DNA of 64,000 bases, from assembly GCA_963767925.1 (NCBI GenBank), contig CAVYGB010000010.1, positions 992,001 to 1,056,000 on the forward strand, read 5' to 3'. Position numbers and translations under genes: made by a program. Below, piece after piece: positions 59,937 through 64,000 of this stretch. Origin of the DNA: an uncultured delta proteobacterium (GTDB taxonomy: Bacteria > Myxococcota_A > Polyangia > Fen-1088). The notes under the pieces were generated by a model. The model ran no database searches. It was not told the origin of the DNA and was given only the letters and a program-made list of their open reading frames with translations. Each line of letters starts with the position of its first letter. Position 1 is the first letter of the stretch.

Positions 59937-60683
59937 ATGCATCTCGTTCGCTACGCTGAAGCCGACTTGCCGACGGCGCACGGTCCCTTCCGGCTGGTCG
60001 TGTACCGTGAGGTCACGCCGGCCGACGGGGACAGCCATGGGACCGCCAACGGTTCCGGCAACGGCACCACCGCTCACAACGGCAACGGTCTCGGTATCCC
60101 CAGCGGCAACGGGGGCAACGTCGATCCGCGCGAGCACATCGCCATCGTCCGCGGCGACGTCGCCGGCGGCACCAACGTCATCACCCGGGTGCACTCGGAG
60201 TGCTGGACCTCGGAGGTGCTCGGCTCGCTCAAGTGCGACTGCCGGGAGCAGCTCAACGCGGCGCTCGAAAAGATCGCGGCCGAGGGGACCGGCGTCATCG
60301 TGTACCTGCGCCAGGAGGGCCGCGGGATCGGCCTCGGCAACAAGATCCGGGCCTATGCCCTGCAGAACCACGGGGCCGATACGGTCGAGGCCAACCTGCA
60401 GCTCGGCTTCGAGCCAGACGCGCGCAGCTACGACATCGCGGGGGCGATGCTGGCCGACCTGGGCGTCAAATCGGTTCGCCTGCTGACCAACAACCCCCTC
60501 AAGGTAAACGGCGTCCGGGCGGCGGGCGTGGAAGTGGCGGAGCGGGTCTCCCACTGGGTCGGCGAGAACCAGCACAACGCCGAGTACCTCGCCGTCAAGC
60601 GGCGCAAGATGGGCCACCACCCCGACACGGTGGCCCGCCTGCGGGCGTTGCCCAAGCCGGCCAGCAAGACCGCCAAGCGGTGA
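59937..60683 (+). CDS. ribA: GTP cyclohydrolase II
   Basis: LPTAHGPF, RVHSECWTSEVLGSLKCDC, QEGRGIGLGNKIRAY, LLTNNP, YLAVKRRKMGH. Confidence 0.96.
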   Translation: MHLVRYAEADLPTAHGPFRLVVYREVTPADGDSHGTANGSGNGTTAHNGNGLGIPSGNGGNVDPREHIAIVRGDVAGGTNVITRVHSECWTSEVLGSLKCDCREQLNAALEKIAAEGTGVIVYLRQEGRGIGLGNKIRAYALQNHGADTVEANLQLGFEPDARSYDIAGAMLADLGVKSVRLLTNNPLKVNGVRAAGVEVAERVSHWVGENQHNAEYLAVKRRKMGHHPDTVARLRALPKPASKTAKR

Positions 60684-60751
60684 CAGCGCGACCGGCGCAG
60701 CGGTAGACTCCACCCGCTCGCCCCCTTCTTCCCCCCAGAAGAGAGATCGCC

Positions 60752-61846
60752 ATTAGCACCATTGAAGATGTCCGTGCCGTCCTCGCGACGGTCAACGACC
60801 CGGCTCTGAAGACCGATTTCGTCACCGCCGGGATGGTGAAAGACGTCTCCCTCGACGGAGGCAAGGCCCGCGTCGCCATCGAGCTGACGACGCCGGCCTG
60901 CCCCTCGCGCGACGTCATCACCGCTACCATCCAGGCGGCGGTGGGCCGGCTGCCCGGCATCACCTCGGTGGAGGTGGCGCTCAGCGCGGCGGTGTTGCCT
61001 CGCCTCACCGTCAACCAGAACCCGCGCTTGCCGGGGGTGAAGAACATCATCGCGGTGGCCGCCGGCAAAGGGGGCGTCGGCAAGTCGACGGTCACCACCA
61101 ACCTGGCGGCGGCTCTGGCGATCAACGGCGCCCGGGTCGGCATCCTCGACGCCGACATCTACGGCCCCTCCATCCCCCAGATGATGGGCCACCCCGAGGT
61201 GCCCGCCGCGGTCGACACCGCCAACCGCATCACCCCCGCCACCCACCACGGCCTCAGCGTCATCTCGGTCGGCTTCTTCGTCGAGCGGGGGGGCGCGGTG
61301 ATCTGGCGGGGGCCCATGGTTCACAAGCTGCTGCAGCAGTTCCTCGAGGACGTGGAGTGGGGCACCCTCGACTACCTGCTCGTCGATCTGCCGCCCGGCA
61401 CGGGCGACGCCCAGCTCTCGCTGTCCCAGCTCATCCCCATCACCGGCGCCGTCATGGTGACCACCCCCCAGGAGGTTTCGGTCATCGACGTCGAGAAGGC
61501 GATGGCGATGTGGAAGCGGGTCGAGGTCCCGGTGCTGGGCGTGATCGAGAACATGAGCTTTTACGTCTGCCCGACCTGCGGGCACAACGACGAGATCTTC
61601 TCCCGGGGGGGCGGGCGCAAGCTGGCCGAGCGCGAGGCGGTCCCCTTCCTGGGCGAGGTCCCGCTTGTGTCGGCGGTGCGGGGGGCGGGGGACAAGGGCA
61701 AGCCGGCGGTGCTGGCCTACCCGGAGTCGGCGGTGGCCTCCACCTTCCTGGGGATCGCCCGCCAGGTCGCCTGCGCGCTCAGCGTGCGCAACTTCCCCGA
61801 GCCCGGCAGCGGCAAGCGCTCCAGCAAGTTGACCCTCATCCGGTAA
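60752..61846 (+). CDS. mrp: Mrp/ApbC/NBP35 Fe-S cluster carrier ATPase
   Basis: DUF59-like VRAVLATVNDP...LTTPACP, GKGGVGKST, WRGPM, DLPPGTGD, ENMS..CPTC; coding signal extends 5' of ATG 60833 to ATT 60752. Confidence 0.93.
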   Translation: MSTIEDVRAVLATVNDPALKTDFVTAGMVKDVSLDGGKARVAIELTTPACPSRDVITATIQAAVGRLPGITSVEVALSAAVLPRLTVNQNPRLPGVKNIIAVAAGKGGVGKSTVTTNLAAALAINGARVGILDADIYGPSIPQMMGHPEVPAAVDTANRITPATHHGLSVISVGFFVERGGAVIWRGPMVHKLLQQFLEDVEWGTLDYLLVDLPPGTGDAQLSLSQLIPITGAVMVTTPQEVSVIDVEKAMAMWKRVEVPVLGVIENMSFYVCPTCGHNDEIFSRGGGRKLAEREAVPFLGEVPLVSAVRGAGDKGKPAVLAYPESAVASTFLGIARQVACALSVRNFPEPGSGKRSSKLTLIR

Positions 61847-61856
61847 GAGATCGCCC

Positions 61857-63137
61857 ATGAGCACGCCCGCCGCGTCCGACGTCCTCCTCCGCCAGGCCGA
61901 CCCCGGCGCCGTCCTCTCGGAGGCCGACATCGAGGCGGTGATCGCCGCCTCTGTCGATCGGCTGGGCCTGGCCGGCAAGCGGGTCCTGGTCATCGTGCCC
62001 GACGGCACGCGCACCATGCCCCTGCCCCTCTTCTTCCGCCTGCTGGGCCAGCACCTCGTGCCGCGGGCGGCGGCGGTCGACTACCTGGTGGCGCTCGGCA
62101 CCCACCCGGCGATGTCGCAGGAGGCCCTCCTCAAGCTGTTCGGCCTGACCCAGGCCGAGAAGGACAGCCGCTACCCCAAGGTGCGCCTGCTCAACCACGC
62201 CTGGGACGACCCCGGGGCCCTCACCGTGCTGGGGAACATCCCCGCCGAGGAGATCTGGCAGCTCTCGGGCCAGCGGCTGCGCATGGAGGTGCCGGTGCGG
62301 CTCAACCGCCTGGTGCTGGAATACGACCACCTGCTGGTGTGCGGGCCGGTGTTCCCCCACGAGGTGGTGGGCTTCTCGGGCGGCAACAAGTACTTCTTCC
62401 CCGGCATCGCCGGGGCCGACATCATCAACGTCACCCACTGGCTGGGGGCCCTCATCACCTCTTACGAGATGATCGGCACCAGGGACACGCCCGTGCGCCA
62501 GGTGATCGATCGGGCCGCCGCCTTCATCCCCCGCCCGCGCAGCGCCCTGTGTGCGGTGGTGACCCACCAGGGGGTGGCGGGCCTGGCCTGCGGCTCGACC
62601 GAGGCGGCCTGGTCGGCGGCGGCCGACCTGTCGGCCCAGCGCCACGTGATCTGGACCGACCGCCCTTACCAGCAGGTGCTCTCGGTGCTGCCCGAGATGT
62701 ACGACGAGCTCTGGGTAGGGGCCAAGGGCATGTACAAGACCGAGCCGGCCATCGCCGACGGTGGGGAGGTCATCATCTACGCCCCCCACCTGCACGATGT
62801 CAGCGTCGTCCACGGCCACCTCATCGAGCCGGTGGGCTACCACGTCCGGGACTACTTCCTGGCCCGCTGGGACGAGTTCAAGCACGTGCCCTGGGGGGCC
62901 CTGGCCCACTCCACCCATCTCAAGGGCGCCGGCACCTACGTCGACGGCGTCGAGCGACCGCGCATCGAGGTGACGCTCGCCACCGGGCTGTCCGAGGAGC
63001 GCTGCCGGTCGATCAACCTCGGTTACCGTGACCACCGCACCATCGACATCGAGTCCTTCGCCGGACGCGAGGCCGAGGGCGTGCTGCTCGTGCGCAAAGC
63101 CGGCGAGTACCTGCATCGTTTGCGCCGGGCCGGGTGA
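61857..63137 (+). CDS. LarA-like (lactate racemase domain) protein
   Basis: VIVPDGTRT, ALGTH, NHAWD, PHEVVGFSGGNKYFFPG. Confidence 0.85.
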   Translation: MSTPAASDVLLRQADPGAVLSEADIEAVIAASVDRLGLAGKRVLVIVPDGTRTMPLPLFFRLLGQHLVPRAAAVDYLVALGTHPAMSQEALLKLFGLTQAEKDSRYPKVRLLNHAWDDPGALTVLGNIPAEEIWQLSGQRLRMEVPVRLNRLVLEYDHLLVCGPVFPHEVVGFSGGNKYFFPGIAGADIINVTHWLGALITSYEMIGTRDTPVRQVIDRAAAFIPRPRSALCAVVTHQGVAGLACGSTEAAWSAAADLSAQRHVIWTDRPYQQVLSVLPEMYDELWVGAKGMYKTEPAIADGGEVIIYAPHLHDVSVVHGHLIEPVGYHVRDYFLARWDEFKHVPWGALAHSTHLKGAGTYVDGVERPRIEVTLATGLSEERCRSINLGYRDHRTIDIESFAGREAEGVLLVRKAGEYLHRLRRAG

Positions 63138-63313
63138 GCGGGCGCCGCACCCGGCACCACGCCCCCGCTGGCCGGGCCCCGAGGTGAGGTCGGCGAGCCC
63201 GCTGGCCTTCCTGTAGGCAGCAGCGCGCAGGGATATGGTTTGACAGTCCGCCCGGGTCGGGAAAGGATCGAGGCTCTCCCTAACGAGTCGGCGCGAGGTG
63301 GATGGAGGTGCGT

Positions 63314-64000
63314 ATGAGCCGGATTCTGGTGATCGACGACGACGACCTCATGGTGCAGAGCTATCTCCGCGCCTTGACCCGCCTCGGGTACACCGTCGAT
63401 AGCGCCAGCAACGGGCGCGAGGCGCTGACCTCCTTCCGGGACAACGCCTACGACGCCATCTTGTCGGACCTGGCGATGCCCGACATGGACGGGATCGCCT
63501 TCCTGCGCGAGCTGCGGCGCTTCGATCTCGACGTCCCGGTCCTGATCATCACCGGGGCCCCTTCGCTCGACAGCGCCATCAAGGCCGTCGAATACGGGGC
63601 CTTCCGCTACGTCACCAAGCCGGTGCCCCCCGACGAGCTGGCCGAGCTTGTCGAGCGGGCGGTGCGCTTCCACGAGATGGCCCGCCTGCGGCGGCTGGCC
63701 CTCAACCTCGTCGAGCAGTCGGGCCACGCCCTGGGGGACCGGGCCAGCCTGGAGGCCCGCTTCGAATCGGCGATGGCCACCGCGCGCATCGCCTTCCAGC
63801 CGATCATCTCCTGGCGCCGGCGCAAGGTTGTCGGCTACGAGGCCCTGCTGCGCACCCAGGAGCCGACGCTGCTGCGCCCGGATCACTTCATCGACGCCGC
63901 GGGCCGGCTGGGGCGCCTCAACGACCTGGGCCGGCGCGCGCGCGCCATCACCGCCAAGGAGGTGGAGGCCGCCCCACCCGAGATGAGCATGTTCGTCAAC
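63314..64000 (+). CDS. Receiver-EAL response regulator (c-di-GMP phosphodiesterase), runs off window end
   Basis: SD GGAGG; MSRILVIDDD, SDLAMPDMDG, YVTKP, AFQPII, GYEALLR, MFVN. Confidence 0.92.
   Translation, partial: MSRILVIDDDDLMVQSYLRALTRLGYTVDSASNGREALTSFRDNAYDAILSDLAMPDMDGIAFLRELRRFDLDVPVLIITGAPSLDSAIKAVEYGAFRYVTKPVPPDELAELVERAVRFHEMARLRRLALNLVEQSGHALGDRASLEARFESAMATARIAFQPIISWRRRKVVGYEALLRTQEPTLLRPDHFIDAAGRLGRLNDLGRRARAITAKEVEAAPPEMSMFVN

Noticed and set aside
63240..63268. Promoter TTGACA-17-AAGGAT before the REC-EAL gene
   Set aside because: Good -35 but weak -10; not enough support to list as a feature

Overview
Very GC-rich bacterial DNA, probably from a Myxococcota-like organism (inferred from its Hanks-type kinases, FHA proteins and large TPR/transglutaminase proteins). 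Housekeeping genes (pqiB/pqiC, cysteine synthase, glyQS, def, folB, thioredoxin, ribA, mrp) alternate with accessory blocks. (1) The best candidate for an undescribed system is a split-borosin RiPP cassette: a peptide alpha-N-methyltransferase, a helical-repeat protein and a 76-aa precursor ending CWDPGPDPFPPKTEP. It is co-oriented with a 1776-aa Ser/Thr kinase-AAA-GAF-His kinase and sits in a signalling island (kinase-receiver-degenerate cyclase, FHA-HTH protein, ECF sigma). (2) A SNF2 helicase + SbcD-like nuclease + SbcC/Rad50-like ATPase operon, with one frameshift in SNF2. (3) A complete pelABCDEFG operon whose PelA hydrolase domain appears to have lost its catalytic acids. (4) A RAYT-type HUH transposase with a three-stem structured element upstream and REP-like repeats nearby. 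(5) An active/inactive pair of large secreted transglutaminase-like proteins. Several intergenic spaces hold 3'-end gene remnants, including a 5'-truncated glgX. No rRNA, tRNA or CRISPR array was recognised. All family calls come from motif recognition by eye, not database searches.
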